Assembly: GCF_018350175.1 (NCBI RefSeq)
Contig: NC_058368.1
Span: 235,478,001 to 235,542,000 of the forward strand
Origin: Felis catus
Lineage: Eukaryota
Direction: 5' to 3'
Length of the DNA: 64,000 bases
The position numbers were made by a program, and so were the translations under genes. Below, one piece after another: positions 1 through 13,342 of the stretch. The notes beneath the pieces were generated by a model. It made no database searches. It had not been told where the DNA came from and saw only the letters and a program-made list of their open reading frames with translations. Within the stretch, counting starts at the first letter, position 1; each line of letters opens with the position of its first letter.

Positions 1-2269
1 AAGATGCTGGTCATCCAACAGTGAGATTCTGGCATGGAAAAATGAACTGGGAAGGGCACTGGGGCCAGTCAAGCAATGACATACGTGGACTTAAGCTGTG
101 ATGGGGCTGGCCTTCCCGATCAGTGGGCAGAACATGAATTTTCACTAAGTGCCATTTGGAGCAGATCGCTGGACGGTGGAAGAAAACTGCGGAACCCTGG
201 ACCTCATTCTTCATATCAAAATGCGTGCCATTTCCATCAAAGTCAAATATTTCATGTAACCAAAATGTCTGAAGAGAGTGTGAGTGCATGTTTCAGAATA
301 TTAGAGGAGGAAAACACTTTCGAATTACCTTACGTCAACAAGGCTCTGTTAAAAGTTAATATAAATTTCGCTGCATACTAATTTAAACATTATGTCATAG
401 TAACAGAAATGCGGAGGACAAGGCGCTCGGCAAAATTCCACGGGTGATTCTCCGGGGAGCAAGGCTTATGTGCTGAGTGATCCAATAGCGTACCACCCAA
501 ACAAGGTCACTTTGTTGGAGGCTGGAAGGACACTATTGATTTCAGAGGAACAGCGCATAACCTGGAACTGTCCGGAGCAAACTCGAATGTACGATCGTCC
601 TTATTACAGGACTTTTGTTTTATATATACACACACACGGATACCTATGTATAAACATATACTAGCTAACACATATTCACGTGTTATTTACTTCGATTACA
701 CATATTGTTTCCTAACAGACACACACATGGAAAAGGCACAAACTGTAAACTATATGTTCACATTGATTCACTCACATTCAATACTTGCACGCCTCTCGGA
801 CAGCTGGCTTATGTGCGTGCCCTGGCTGATTTCCTCGCTCTACAATCTCCCGTGCCCGTCTGGGTCAGTCTCTGCATCTCTACCGTGGGATGGGAATAGC
901 ACTGACTGACTGGTGTTCCTGGGAGCATGGAATGAGTCAATTCTAGATTAATGATGGGCCCTATCCTTTGGTCACTGTCACTGCCGCCATGGTTGGGGTC
1001 GATCCAGGCTTTGTAGGGCCTGGGGTTTATAGCATTTAGAACACCTTCCTCTAAGAAGAGTGAAGGCAAAATTGGGAGTTTGAAACTGGAGGAGCCTTAC
1101 AGCATTAGGTTCAGTGGCCCCATGTCACCCCCTGATCACGAACATTCCTGCACGGGTCCTGCCCGCGCATCTCTGGACGTTTCTACCTCCCTTCGCAGAG
1201 TCACTGCTTAGGGTCCAGTGGTGACTGTCGCTAACCGCCGAATGAGCATTTTCTACCATGATGCAATTTGTTTTCATGTCACACGTGGGGAGTGAGGAAG
1301 GGTGACCACCACTCTGGTGGCCTGGGACTGAGGAGGCTCCCAGACCCAGGACAATCCTAGGTCACTTGGGGCGTGTTGATCACCCTAGCGGTTACTTGCT
1401 TTCTTTTCTCCTCCATACAAAATGGATTTAACCCTAGACTTGTGGAAAGATTTCCAGTAATTTTTCTCCGTTATTTCAATTGCCTGAGCTTCAACTTATT
1501 GCTTCTAGTTATTTCAGTGAATGTCCCAGCGGCACCCACGTGTTCAGGATCTTAGGACTATTCCACTGACACGCCAAGCAGCAGCAGTAGAGGCCTTTCT
1601 TGAGACACAGTGGACCAAGTACCTTTGCTGATCTCCCCGTGCTCCCCGGTTCTAACAGAGGCCAGGAAGGAGGCTTCCCACTGGAGCTGTGGCTCAGAAA
1701 AACCGGGAGAGGCATCAGGACTGCAGGCTCCGAGGCCCCGCTGTGCTGGAGGGCTGGGTGCACCTGCTGCCCCTCCCCCAGAGAGGCACACATCTGATGA
1801 CAGAACCCTTCCCCGGGGACACCGAGGACCCGGGGGAAAGAGGCTGCAGGTGGCAGAAAGCAGCCGAGAGGCCTGTCTCAGCGCAGACAATGTTCACCGC
1901 ACGTCTTCCTGCCCCTGTCTCGACGCGCCCGGACAGACAGACGAGCACCAGGAGGAGCCAGGGGAAGACCCCCGCAGGAAAGAGGAAACCCACCACCCAG
2001 CTGCGAGGAAAAAGGAATATGGAGGGAATAACCTGCGGGGAGGAGAGGAGAGGAGAAAGAGAGAGCAACAAAGGAAACATAAAAGAAACAAACAAACAAA
2101 GAGGAAGAGACAGACAGAAATGAGGACGCTATCCGAACAGCACCTGCTCCGTGAGGTGCGCCCGACACCCCACGCCTCCTGCTCTCCCTACTCCCGTGTC
2201 CTCCAACTTGCTCTTTATCCTTCATTCCTATCACCTTCTAGAATATTCCATCATTAAAAAAATCCTACG

Positions 2270-2400
2270 TTTATTGTGGACTGTCTCTCCTCAGATAAGC
2301 TCCCCCCAATAGGGACCTTTTTCAACTCGCTAATGTATCCCCAGTGCCTGGCATGTAGCAGACATTCCAACTATTAAAATGGTGGAATGAATCGATGAAC
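2270..2400 (+). mobile_element. Probable old L2 3'-end fragment
   Basis: gtatccccagtgcctggcatgtagcagac...gaatgaatcgatgaa resembles the L2 terminus with its TGAA repeats. Confidence 0.5.
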
Positions 2401-3492
2401 TTAATATATCTCTTGGGGTTTATGTAAAGAAACCTAAGTAGGCAAAATCCAGGCAATTATTAACTCTTAGAAAAATAAAGTTTTCAGATGCAAAAGGACC
2501 CAGAATCAGGGTATCCTACTTAGCCAGCAAGGACCAAGAGAAAACAATGCGAACAGTTACTACCAAGGGGGTATAGTCACACTGAAGGATGCAGGGCTAG
2601 GAAGGTGGTGCCCATGACGCCCTGCCACATTGGGGGGACAGAGCGGGTGCAAAGGACCGTACCCTCCCCACTGTGACGGTAAGGAGGGGAACACTGAGAA
2701 CCAATCCACGGGACACGGGGATCATGCGTATTATTTAGGAATATGGGGAAAGATACCCATGGGGATCATGCGATTATTTAGGAATACGCATGGGGCTGGT
2801 CCCTGGGGCTGGGGCTCGAGTGGTGGGTGGGCAGGACTGTGATTTCTCACGGCAAGCCTCAAAGTACGATAGGACTTTTTAAGTCAGCTGCATGTAGTTA
2901 CTAAATAGAACAAAAATCAACTAAAATAGTAGTGTAAGAAACAAAATCCTAGAGAATTTAAATGAATTCTCCTCTTTAGTCTTCTTTTTTATTGAGGAAA
3001 CACGTAATAAATGCATTAAAACAATTAAGAAACGCTTGTTAGAATTTTGTTTGAGACTGCAGCCATGTGGCAGCTGGCAGAGGAAGGGGAAGGTTTGAGC
3101 GGGCTCTTGTCTTGCATTCGATGCAGACAAATCTAAACATTCTGGGAGACTGTGGTCTTCCTCTCTGGTGATTACATTCCTGGCCACCACAGTCAGAAGC
3201 ACATTAAAATTTTGTTTCCTGTTTCAGCTCTCTTTGACCTGAATGGAACCCGTAGGAAAAAAAGCCACATTAAAATGTCTTCAGCTGTCATGTGGTCCTA
3301 TTTTTCACCCTGCAAACCTATTTCTTCAGTGGGACAAGGGCTTGTCCCGAAGGCGGTATTTCAACTGAAAATGTAATTTGTCTATAAATTCACGGAACAG
3401 GAATTTGAGGATCTCTATGGTTGTGGGAAAACTGTTTAAAAATCTATGCATGCCTTTAAATGTGCAATAGGTAATACTTACTGAAAACTTTA

Positions 3493-3717
3493 GGGGCGCC
3501 TGGGTGGCTCAGTCGGTTGAGCGTCCAACTTCGGCTCAGGTCACGATCTCGCGGTCCGCGAGTTCGAGCCCCGCGTCGGGCTCTGGGCTGATGGCTCAGA
3601 GCCTGGAGCCTGCTTCCGATTCTGTGTCTCCCTCTCTCTCTGCCCCTCCCCCGTTCATGCTGTGTCTCTCTCCGTCTCAAAAATAAATAAACGTTAAAAA
3701 AAAATTAAAAAAAAAAC
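3493..3717 (+). mobile_element. Can-SINE (SINEC_Fc-like), young
   Basis: ggggcgcctgggtggctcagtcggtt head, CT-rich region, aataaa/poly-A tail, TSD aaacttta. Confidence 0.92.
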
Positions 3718-4099
3718 AAACTTTATAAATAAAATAAGACTGCTTAAGCAGAAACCCAAGAGAAAGAAGAAGGATGGGAAAAATTGGACATTCTGTAGCT
3801 GTGTTAATATGTTGGAAAATCTCGTAGCCACATGACGAAACTGATGCATAAGTCTTATCTTCCTTCTAGACCTGAAAACTCTATAAGGTCTTTATAACTG
3901 GAAATAGGCCTGGCAAAACCATGGGTTTACAGGTCACTTTGGAAGGACAACACATCAACGAGTCAACCAAAACTAACCTGACTTCTTAAGCATGTTAATG
4001 TGAATTGCAAAATAAGTTTCTGTATCAAATTCTAAAGTCAATTACAGTTGAACCTTGAGCAACACAGGTTTGAATTGCGTGGGGCCACTTACACATGGA

Positions 4100-4304
4100 T
4101 TTTTTAAAATTTTATTTATTTATTTTGAGAGAGATAGTTAGCAGGCAGGGGAAGGCCAGAAACAAAGGGAGAGAGAGAGAATCCCAAGCAGGCTCCACAC
4201 TGTCAGTGCAGAGACCAATGCAGGGCTTGAACCCACGAACCTGAGACCATGACCTGAGTTGAAATCAAGTTGGACGCTTAACTGACTGAGCCACCAGGCA
4301 CCCC
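4100..4304 (-). mobile_element. Can-SINE nested in the Tigger2-like element
   Basis: Poly-T/GA-rich tail on the left; ends ctgagccaccaggcacccc. Confidence 0.9.
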
Positions 4305-4325
4305 TATACGGGGATTTAAAAAACA

Positions 4326-4538
4326 TTTATTTTAGCGTTTATTTATTTTTTTTTGAGAAACAGAGACAGAGTGTGAGCGGGGGAGAGGCAGAGAGAGAAG
4401 GAGACACAGAATCCAAAGCGGGCTCCAGGCCCCGAGCTGTCAGCACAGAGCCCGACGCGGGGCTCGAACCCACGAACTGTGAGATCATGACCTGAGCCGA
4501 AGTCGGGCGCTTAACCACCTGAGCCCCCCAGGTGCCCC
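4326..4538 (-). mobile_element. Can-SINE nested in the Tigger2-like element
   Basis: Reverse-complement SINEC body ending ccaggtgcccc. Confidence 0.9.
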
Positions 4539-7500
4539 CCTCCTTTTATTTATTTATTTATTTATTTTGACAAATACAGCACAGTACTGTGAGTGTGTTT
4601 TCTTCTTTGGTTTTCTTTCCATTTTTTCTCGAACTTACTTTATTGTAAGAACACAGCACACGATACGTAGGAGATACAAAGTGTGTGATAATCAACTGTT
4701 TATATCAGGGGTGAGGCTTCCAGTCGGCAGGGGGCTGTTAGTAGTCAAGTTTTGGAGGAGTCCAAAGCTGTACGTGGATTTTCCACCGCGTGTGGGAGAG
4801 TTTGGCACCCCTAACCCCGTGCCGTTTAAGGATCAACTGTGGTTTGGTTTCCCTCTTCGCTAAAGCTCTTTGAAGGTTACAGGAGTTCACTGGGCTCATT
4901 TGCTCAATTTTCCTTGCCCTAGAATGTCTGCGATTTCTTTTCCTTTTCTTTCTTTTTTTCCCCAGTGAAATGCTTTCTATAGTGGTGGCATTGGCGGGGG
5001 GGAGGCTAAACAGAGGATTATGGTGGGAAAAATAACTTTTTAAAAACTAAGACCTTTGAGAACCCTCTTGAAGGCTCCACCAGCTGGAAGGCCAACCTCT
5101 CCAGTAGTTGCCATGGGGACAAGTGTCCAGCTGAGCAGCCCCGGGGAGCCCAGGGTGCAGAATTTCCGTGATGCCTGAGCAATGCAGGCCTTACAAGAGC
5201 TACGCTGTAATGCAGTGATGCAGAAAAGGAACAGACACCCCCCCTTCCACCTGCTCCCCCCTCCACTACAGGCGAGTGTGAGCTCACCCTTGGGGGGGGA
5301 CACAGGTGGGTCCCCTCCCGGCCTTCCCACGCTCAGGCTGGCTTCGGAGTCTGAGAAAGCAGGGGTCGGACCGCACTTCCTTTGAAGAGAAAGTCCAGGA
5401 GTGGCCTTGGACCTCTCGTACATTTTTTTTTTTAAAGAAGACAGTCCCAGAGTCTCCTTTTAAAGAACCTAATTCGTAACAATGTCGTATCATGTCAAAT
5501 ACCAGGAGCCAGGCTTTTCAACCGCTTCCCAACATGAAAGGAAAATATGCCTGATGCCTGATCATCAGTTCAGGCTGATCACACGAAATGCAGAAGAGTT
5601 GGTTAATTTTCTCGTCGGCTGCACACACTGTCTGAAAACATCACGCGCTAAGGAGGCCGAGTCACTGGGTCTTGGCAAGTAGGATCGGATGATTTACAGA
5701 GAAACCCAAACCCAGAGAGTGTAACGTTCAATGGTGTTCGGGGCAGAAATTCATTGTGACTCACGGATTGTTAGCAGGTGTGAAGGGCTTCTTTCTTGCT
5801 TGTTCGATATTTGCTACGTCACGTGGTTTCTATTTCGTTGGCTGAACATGTGAATTTGCCGGGGACTCGTGTGCAGACTAGGTGACTCCCTGTGGCCGGC
5901 TCAGGGCGAATGACAAAGGGCCCTGGGCGGCGTGGGCCCCGTGGCCCTGTGGGCGTCCACATGAGGGGCCCCGTGGGTGTGGACGCTCACCACGCAGGGG
6001 TTGCCTGGGAGACAAGTCTGAGAACCTACGTCTCCCTCAAGGTGGGTGCTTCAAGAGCTTTACGTGACCGACTCTGAACCTCACAACCGTTGGTCCCTGG
6101 GCCCCACCGCCCTGAACCCACAGCCCGGGAAAGCAGCCCAGCCTGAGATGAAAAACTGTCCTCAGCATCCGTCCACTGAGCAGACCCCTGGTTCTGAGGC
6201 CTTTCAGGTTGGGTCTCTCGGAACACAGCTCTTCGGATGGTTTGGCTTTCACACCTCATCCAGTGGTCCTGGGGGTACGTTTATCTCAAGTCCTTCAGCA
6301 CAGAAATGGGCAGGGAGACTTCGTGTGGGGCACAGCCACATGCTTCCAGCAGCTTCCGGGACACCACGGTGCCCGACGCCGGAGGCCCCCGGGACTCCCC
6401 GTGAGTGGAGCCGCAAACCAAGCCCTGGGGGGCTCACACTGGGTGTCCAGACTGGGAACAAAATGCAGGTCTTCAAACACTAGACAAAAGCCAAGGACTG
6501 TCACTGAAGGCACCCAGAGAACAGCAGAGGGGCTGGGAGGCCCCCTTTCTAAAACTGAATTGGCCTTTTCCCCCCTCTTTTCGTAGATCGCCAATCAGTA
6601 GCTGAGAGACACAAGGGACCAGACCACGGGCAGGACTGGAGAGACGTATTTTTACTGGTGAGTCACTGAAATGAGATGAAGTATAATCTGTTTTGGTTTT
6701 ATTCTTTTCATCCTAATTCTGGTTAAGCCAACTCTGCCCACCATGTCTGCACCCGTGTCCAGGGCGATTACGCTCCATTTAGGGCCCTCGGCCAGGTGCC
6801 CGGAGGCGCACATCCCCAGTGGGGACACTGCCCGCCTCGCGGTCCCCGTCCCACGCCTGTACCTCCCCTCACGCTCCTATGACTTAGCTCTTCTGCTGTG
6901 AAAACAAAAACAAGGACGGGGGAACTTTATCCCCAGGGGCCACCACCGCCCCAGCCGTGTCCCTCTGCCTGCCTGCCCAGGGTGACCCTCAAAGTCACCT
7001 GGCACGTCTGCTCTCTCCATCTGCCCTCCCGATCATCCCCCAAAGTGCACAGGCACACAACGAGCTCCGGCGTGAAAGCCAGAGACACAGCAGCGAACCT
7101 TCGCGGGGCCTCGCGGCCATTTACCGCCGTGCCCTGCCCTCTGTGCTCTCAGAGGCAAGACTCCTTGAAAGAAATGCGGTGCCCACAGCTCTGCTTCCTC
7201 CCTTGTCCCTCTCCCCTCCACCTCCCTCTCATACCTTTGTCCCCAGCCCCATGCTATGAGTGCTCACAACCTTCCCAAGTGTTACCAACACTCGAGGAGT
7301 AGAATGCAAGGCAAACTGCCAAGCTTGGCTTCCAAGGCCGTGCACACTTGGATCGCCCGTCACTCCCCCGTGGGTCATGGCCACGGGCTCCCTCTGACCA
7401 CAGAGGCCAAGGCTTCCCTGCTCTCTGCCCACTTCCGGCCTGCCTCTGCCTCAGGGCCTTTGCACTCGCTACCCATCTCGGCTGGAGCATTCCCACCCTC

Positions 7501-8557
7501 TCTTCCCATGAGGCACTGTCTCTAAGAGCTCAGAGAAGTCTACTGTGATCATCTAAGGGAAAAAAAGCGCTCCCTCCCGGACCTGCCAGGATCACCCTCC
7601 GAATCACCGGGCACCCCTGGACACGCACACGTCCGTATCTGTCTGCCTTTCGGTGGGCTGGCCCTGTGAGTCCCATGCGTCAGGGCTCGGTAGCACACCT
7701 TCCAGAACGGTGGCACGTGCCAGGTCGTCACTCAAATATCTGACGAATAAACAACACACCGCGCCGTGAAGAGTGAAGAAATGATTGTCTGCCGTGATGC
7801 CGTGCAAGCCCTAACCCTTCCGTGGCCACCTGATCATCCTTTGCAATGGCAGGAGTGAACCTCATGTTTGGAGACAGTAGAAAGGCAGGTTTCAGCCCAA
7901 CGCAGTGCTAGAAGGTCACAGGATCCAGATAAGTGGCGTCTTAATAAATGTCCCGTCACCGTACGTGAAAGCGCGTCTGACGCGCTCGGTGCACCAGTCC
8001 GGAGTCAGAACCAGAGCACCTTTCACAGGTCCTGAACGTCAGCGAGGTTCTCTCCACAGAGGGCAACGCGCTTTAAAACAAGGCCTCTGTATCTTGAAAA
8101 AAATAAGTGACCCTGAAACACTTGTTCTTAATGAACACGGTTAATGGGACAGTTTTGTTGTTGTTGCTCTTCTTATTGTCATGGTCTATTGTGTTTTGTT
8201 TTCTGGCAACAAGAAGAACAGAACCAGGCTAGTGGTCTTTCTAGGGAGGGGAAGTGTTGTCTTTCTGGGGCCAGCGTGCTGGTCCTGTCTTGGGGGCTCC
8301 GCTCTGCCAGCTGACCTCACTCTGGGTGTGGACAGCCCACGCTGCTGTCAGAGAAGCCTTCACTGAGCCTGGGGCCCTGCTTGTGAGACCCCACTCTGTG
8401 GGTGGGGGGATCTGTCCAGTCCGGCGTCCGACGCAGGGATTTCTAACGCCCCCCCTCCCCCAGAGACACATCGCTCACACTCTAAAATACTGAGCCATCC
8501 ATTGGTAAGATTCGCTCCAGTTTAAGCCCTGTCATATTTCATTTAGCTTTTCTTGTC

Positions 8558-8628
8558 TTTTTTTTTAAATGAAATTTATTGTCAAATTGGTTTCCATACA
8601 ACACCCAGTGCTCCTCCCGACAGGTGCC
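8558..8628 (-). mobile_element. Short L1 3'-end fragment (carnivore/felid type)
   Basis: Poly-T followed by aaatttattgtcaaattggtttccatacaacacccagtgctc, the reverse complement of the L1 3' end at 35080-35125. Confidence 0.75.
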
Positions 8629-9159
8629 ACATCATTTATTTCTAAGGGTTTTACATTGCTCACGTGTGAGGTGTCCTGGGTGTTTTTTAAGTTACGCTAA
8701 TTTATACAGCTATTTATTTTTATCAGAAGCACAGGACGTGAAAAAGGGAGAATATGGACCTTCTCACAGTCGTGGGAATAAGAGAGAATAAACACAATCC
8801 CACAAGTTCGTAAGAACACAGTGGAGACGGGAAATGATACGGCACAGAGAAAACGCACAGTAAATAGAAGACACACAAGAAATTAGACTCGGGCCCAAAT
8901 ACAAGAGCAGTCACCTCTCATGCTGGTAGACAGACTAAATGTGTGCGTGAACGTGTAACGCTGACATTTAAAACCCCAGAGAACGGAGAAGGGTCGGGCA
9001 CGGTGAAAATAAGGGAATGGGAACAAAACCCATATTGTTAACTTGAAGAAAAAATAGCTTAAGTTAGAGAACACTATTGGGGTAAACATGGTCATTATTT
9101 AGCAACAGAGAACAATTTGCACAGAAACTATAACCCCATCGACACAATGTGGAATTTTA

Positions 9160-9560
9160 ATATTAACTATGAAATAAAAGTAACGGGAGAAATTGAAAAA
9201 TAAGCAATCATCAAGTGAGATTTTAAAATACTTCTCTCAGAAACAGATAAACAAGCTAGACAAAAAGAACATATTGGAATAAATAAGGACCGTGATCGAA
9301 TTGCCGTATGAATAACCCTACTCCAACACACAGCACACGCTCCTTCGTTCCCACAGGAACAGTTATAAACACTCCCATGCCTAAGCCATAAAGGAAGTCT
9401 CAAAAATGCAAAAAAAATGACACAGTTTTAACTCTTTCTTTGATCTCAATGTAATAACATCTGAAATAACAACAACAACAAATTACCGCAGAGCCTCCAC
9501 AAGTTTGGAAATATTAAACCACAATAATTCTAAATAATTCGTGGCTTTAAGAGTAAAGCA
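9160..9560 (+). mobile_element. Degraded old L1 ORF2 (endonuclease-region) fragment
   Basis: A-rich with L1-like motifs such as gagattttaaaatacttctctcag and cataaaggaagtctcaaaa. Confidence 0.5.
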
Positions 9561-9714
9561 GTGTTGCCTAGTTGTACCTAAAAAGAGTTTCCTATGTTCT
9601 CCCTGCAAAACGCTGTGATTCTGAGTGAAGCTTCCAGTTTTCAACAAATATTTCCAGAAGCACCAATTGGTATATGGACAGTGAATATATGGGTAAAGAT
9701 TTGTAGTAAGAGTT

Positions 9715-9762
9715 TTTCTTTCTCTTCCTTCCTTCCTTTTCTCTTTTCTCTTTTCTCTTTTT

Positions 9763-9819
<57 letters not shown>

Positions 9820-10196
9820 TTTTTCTTTTTCTTTTTCTTTCCTCTCTTCCTTCCTTCCTCCCTCCCTTCTCCACTCCCTTCCTTCCCTTATTCTTCTTCC
9901 CCTTCCTTCCTTCTTTCTTCCTCCCCTTTCTTTCTCTCTTTCTTTCTCTTTCCTTTCCCTCTTTTTCTTTCTTCCTTCCTTCCTTCCTCCCTCCCTCCCT
10001 TTTTCCTTCCTTTCTTCCTTCCTTCTTTCCTTCCTTCTTTCTTCCTTTCCTTTCCTTTCCTTTCCTTTCCTTTCCTTTCCTTTCCTTTCCTTTCCTTTCC
10101 TTTCCTTCCTCTTCCTTCCTTCCTATCATCTATCTATCATCTATCATCTGTCCAACATTCATCTATGTATCTATGTATCTATCTATCATCTATCTG
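9715..10196. repeat. Compound microsatellite: (TTTC)n, (TTCC)n, (TTTCC)n, then (TATC)n
   Basis: About 410 bp of almost pure pyrimidine on the + strand, followed by a degenerate TATC tract. Confidence 0.95.
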
Positions 10197-10777
10197 TAAG
10201 TTAGTTTTTCATTTTTATTCACAAATAATGGGAGTGTATGTCATAGTGTGTATTATCTAGGGAATAGTTATTGTTGAACATGGTGGGGTTGGTGAATTTT
10301 AGAGTCAATCATACTAAGGCCTGGAGACCAAAATAATAAAAATATTATGAAAAATTTAGGTATTATTGAATGTATATAACCAGCTAAGTTCCCTGAAAAA
10401 TAAAAGTATTCTCAAGGTGACTTTCCACCTTATTCATATGGATAAATAAATATATATGCATATAAATATAAAACAACCATACACACATCAAACTAAACTG
10501 AATAAAGCAAAAACAATTGGACAAAACCTCCTAAAATCCAAAATATTTTACAGAACTACCCAAGGCAGATTTTTAGTTCAAATCTAGAAAGCTAGCTAAT
10601 TTTTGTATTCCCTCAGCTCCTGTGTTAACATTTAAGTGACTGAAGAAATAAGTTAAATCAGTCTTGCTCTATGACAGATTCTGTTTGTGCACACTTGTAA
10701 CCTGACTTTCCTAAAAGATACATTCTAACCAATGTCTATGCCAACTTGAATGCATTTTATAGATTTCACTTATTTAC

Positions 10778-11097
10778 TTTTTTAAACATGGTGATTCATT
10801 TTTGAGAGAGAAAGAGGGGCAGAGAGAGAGAGAAGGGGACAGAGAATCCAAAGCCACTGCATGCTGCCAGCACAGAGCCCGACGCAGGGCTCGAACTCAC
10901 AAACCGTGAGAGCACGACCTGAGCCGAAGTCAGACGCTTAACCAACCGAGCCACCAGGTGCCCCAGAAATATTGGGTATTTGGTATTCGCCCAAGATTTT
11001 ATTTTTAAGTCATCTCTACACCCGACATGGGGCTTGAACCCACAATCCTGAGATCAAGAGTCGCACTCTCTACCAAATAAGCCATCCAGGCGCTCCT
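10778..11097 (-). mobile_element. Two adjacent Can-SINEs (10778-10964 and a shorter copy at about 10997-11097)
   Basis: Heads ...gagccaccaggtgcccc and ...gccatccaggcgctcc. Confidence 0.85.
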
Positions 11098-13078
11098 TGA
11101 ATGCGTTTGAAATTCATTGTTTTGGTGCTAAGTGACACCTTTCTTGGGGAGGGGTGAGGAGGAAGTAAGACATCATCTTCGGTAGGAAGACCGTCACACG
11201 CGGGTGACTCAGTCACAGCGCTCACACCCGAGTGGACGCCATATCCCTCTGAAGGGAGTGGCAATTTCAGACACTCCTGGTGTCCCTGATCAGACAGAGG
11301 TTAGATGCCTTCTCACTGCGGGCCCCTGGAGTGGGTCAAGACCCCGGAAGGTGAGCAGGGTCCCCCACTCTCTGGGAGGTGACATGTCTGGGCGTGAGCC
11401 ACAGCGTCAGACTCCCCGAGAGCGCCGGGCTCGCGGCCGGAGGGCAGGAAGCACGGGGCCCAGAGAAGGCATCTTGCCAGACTCTGAACCTGGGAGGGCT
11501 GTTCCGCGTGGCCACACTGGTTCGCACCCCGTAAGCGAGCGGCAGACAGCCCAGGGAAACAGCACCAAGGAGCCTGCACCCCCCACACCTCCCGCTGTGG
11601 TGTCACAAGAGACGTCTGTGATTCAGTCACTGGCGAATCATTTTCCAAACCGTATTCCAGGTAACAGTGCTCCAACAGAAGCGGGGCTAGCGGGCAGCAC
11701 TGGCTACATCGTTTGTGAAGACCCCCGCGGAATGGTTAGGAATTTCAAGTTGGAATGGCGGAGAATGAAAGCAAGTGGGGGGCCACACGCCCACGGCTGA
11801 TTTATCCTCGGTGTCTCAGACACGCCAAAGAACTCAGTTGCTCACTTCCTTGGCATCCCTGCGAGTGGAACCCTTTTGCAGGCGGGAACCACCCCAGGGA
11901 TGAGGGTTCTTTCCCTTCCTGGGTAACCTGTGCACTACTGGGCACTTAATGTTTGTACGGCTAAAGAGGTGAAAGACAGAGTCACTGCCCCTGTCCTGTC
12001 CCTGCAAACGTTGCCGTGGGAGACGACCGGGAATAAAGTCCATCTTCTAACCCTCACCTGCGTTTCTGGTGTGCAACCGAAGGAATGTAGTCCCCGACTG
12101 AGGCACTTTGGTTCCAAGGGAACGATTCTAGCAACGGGTTTGTAAGGAGTCACCAAAGTGTAGGCAGAAACAGTCTGCCTGGTGGAGAGGACAACAGAGC
12201 TGCCTCGGCATGACTCAATAACACGAGAAAACAAAGTATACTTGGTCGCAATCTGCTTTAAAGCGTAGGCTGCATTCCTGGGGGAATCGCGGAGACGGAG
12301 AAGAAGGACCCGCTTCCCATCTGGGAAGTATTTCCTCTTGCACCTCCCGTACACTGTCGGGGAAGCCGTGCTGCGGTGTTTGTGCTTCCAAAACCAGACA
12401 CGAGTTGAGATAAATGACGCAAAGAGCCACTCCGTTTAGGTAAACTGAGAAATGTAAAAGGGAGTAAGTATCTGTGGTTGCTGGCTTGTGTTTCAAAGGC
12501 AAGCGAGACAAGAGCCCGATTCACGCTCAGATGAAGACAGAGGTGGCTAGGCCCTGGGAGCCCAGGCTGCCGGCCGTTCCGGGGCCAGTGGGGGGCTGGC
12601 CCCCAGTGCGGAGCCCAGGCCCGGGGAACAGCTGGGGACCATGGACCCCGCTCATCTGGCCACGATGCTCCTGCCGGCTGGAGCCTCGCAGACATTTTAA
12701 GATGAGCTTCCTCCAGTGAGGACACTGCTGGATGCCCAGCCCACCGCTCCCCGCAGAAATTTACGAGCTGGGGGAGCCCATCCGGGGAAGGGCCCTGGCC
12801 TTGACGGCCCTCCAGCTGTGCGCCCGAGATGCAGGTGTGCATGTGGATGCCGACAGGGAGGTCAGGAGCTACAACCCACGCGGTAGCAGCTTCTCATTTC
12901 AGTTAAAGACAAGTAGGCTGTGCATTAAGATGGTTTAGACTCTGCTCCCGGTCCTTTGGGGACTCTGCCTCCGGCACAACACGAAACACCGGATTGCACC
13001 TGCTGTGTCTTGCATTTAGTTAGACCGGGAGGATGGGGCTCAGCTCTCAGAGGCACTGGATGCACCTGCCGTGGCTCT

Positions 13079-13342
13079 GACAGGCACAGGGGAACACCCG
13101 CCCCGGGACAGGCACAGGGGAACACCCGCCCCGGGACAGGCACAGGGGAACACCCGCCCCGGGACAGGCACAGGGGAACACCCGCCCCGGGACAGGCACA
13201 GGGGAACACCCGCCCCGGGACAGGCACAGGGGAACACCCGCCCCGGGACAGGCACAGGGGAACACCCGCCCCGGGACAGGCACAGGGGAACACCCGCCCC
13301 GGGACAGGCACAGGGGAACACCCGCCCTGGGACAGGCACAGG
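13079..13342. repeat. 28-bp GC-rich minisatellite (VNTR), 9 full units plus a partial unit
   Basis: Unit caggcacaggggaacacccgccccggga starts at 13081 and recurs every 28 bp. Eight units are identical; the ninth has one C>T. Confidence 0.97.

Larger units (their letters stand above)
4045..4839 (+). mobile_element. Tigger2/MER28-type TcMar DNA transposon remnant interrupted by two SINEs
   Basis: Left end ta|cagttgaaccttgagcaacac and right end gtttaaggatcaactg form imperfect terminal inverted repeats. Confidence 0.7.

Noticed and set aside
1610..2257. 215-aa ORF and overlapping ORFs
   Set aside because: GC-rich then purine-rich low-complexity intronic sequence, open in several frames on both strands, with no recognisable domain.
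9594..10199. 201-aa F/L/S/P-rich and 162-aa K/E/R/G-rich ORFs
   Set aside because: Both are translations of the CT microsatellite.
13079..13342. CRISPR-like array, or repeat-protein ORFs at 12925-13558
   Set aside because: The units are head-to-tail with no unique spacers and the context is mammalian. The ORFs arise only because the 28-bp unit has no stop codons.
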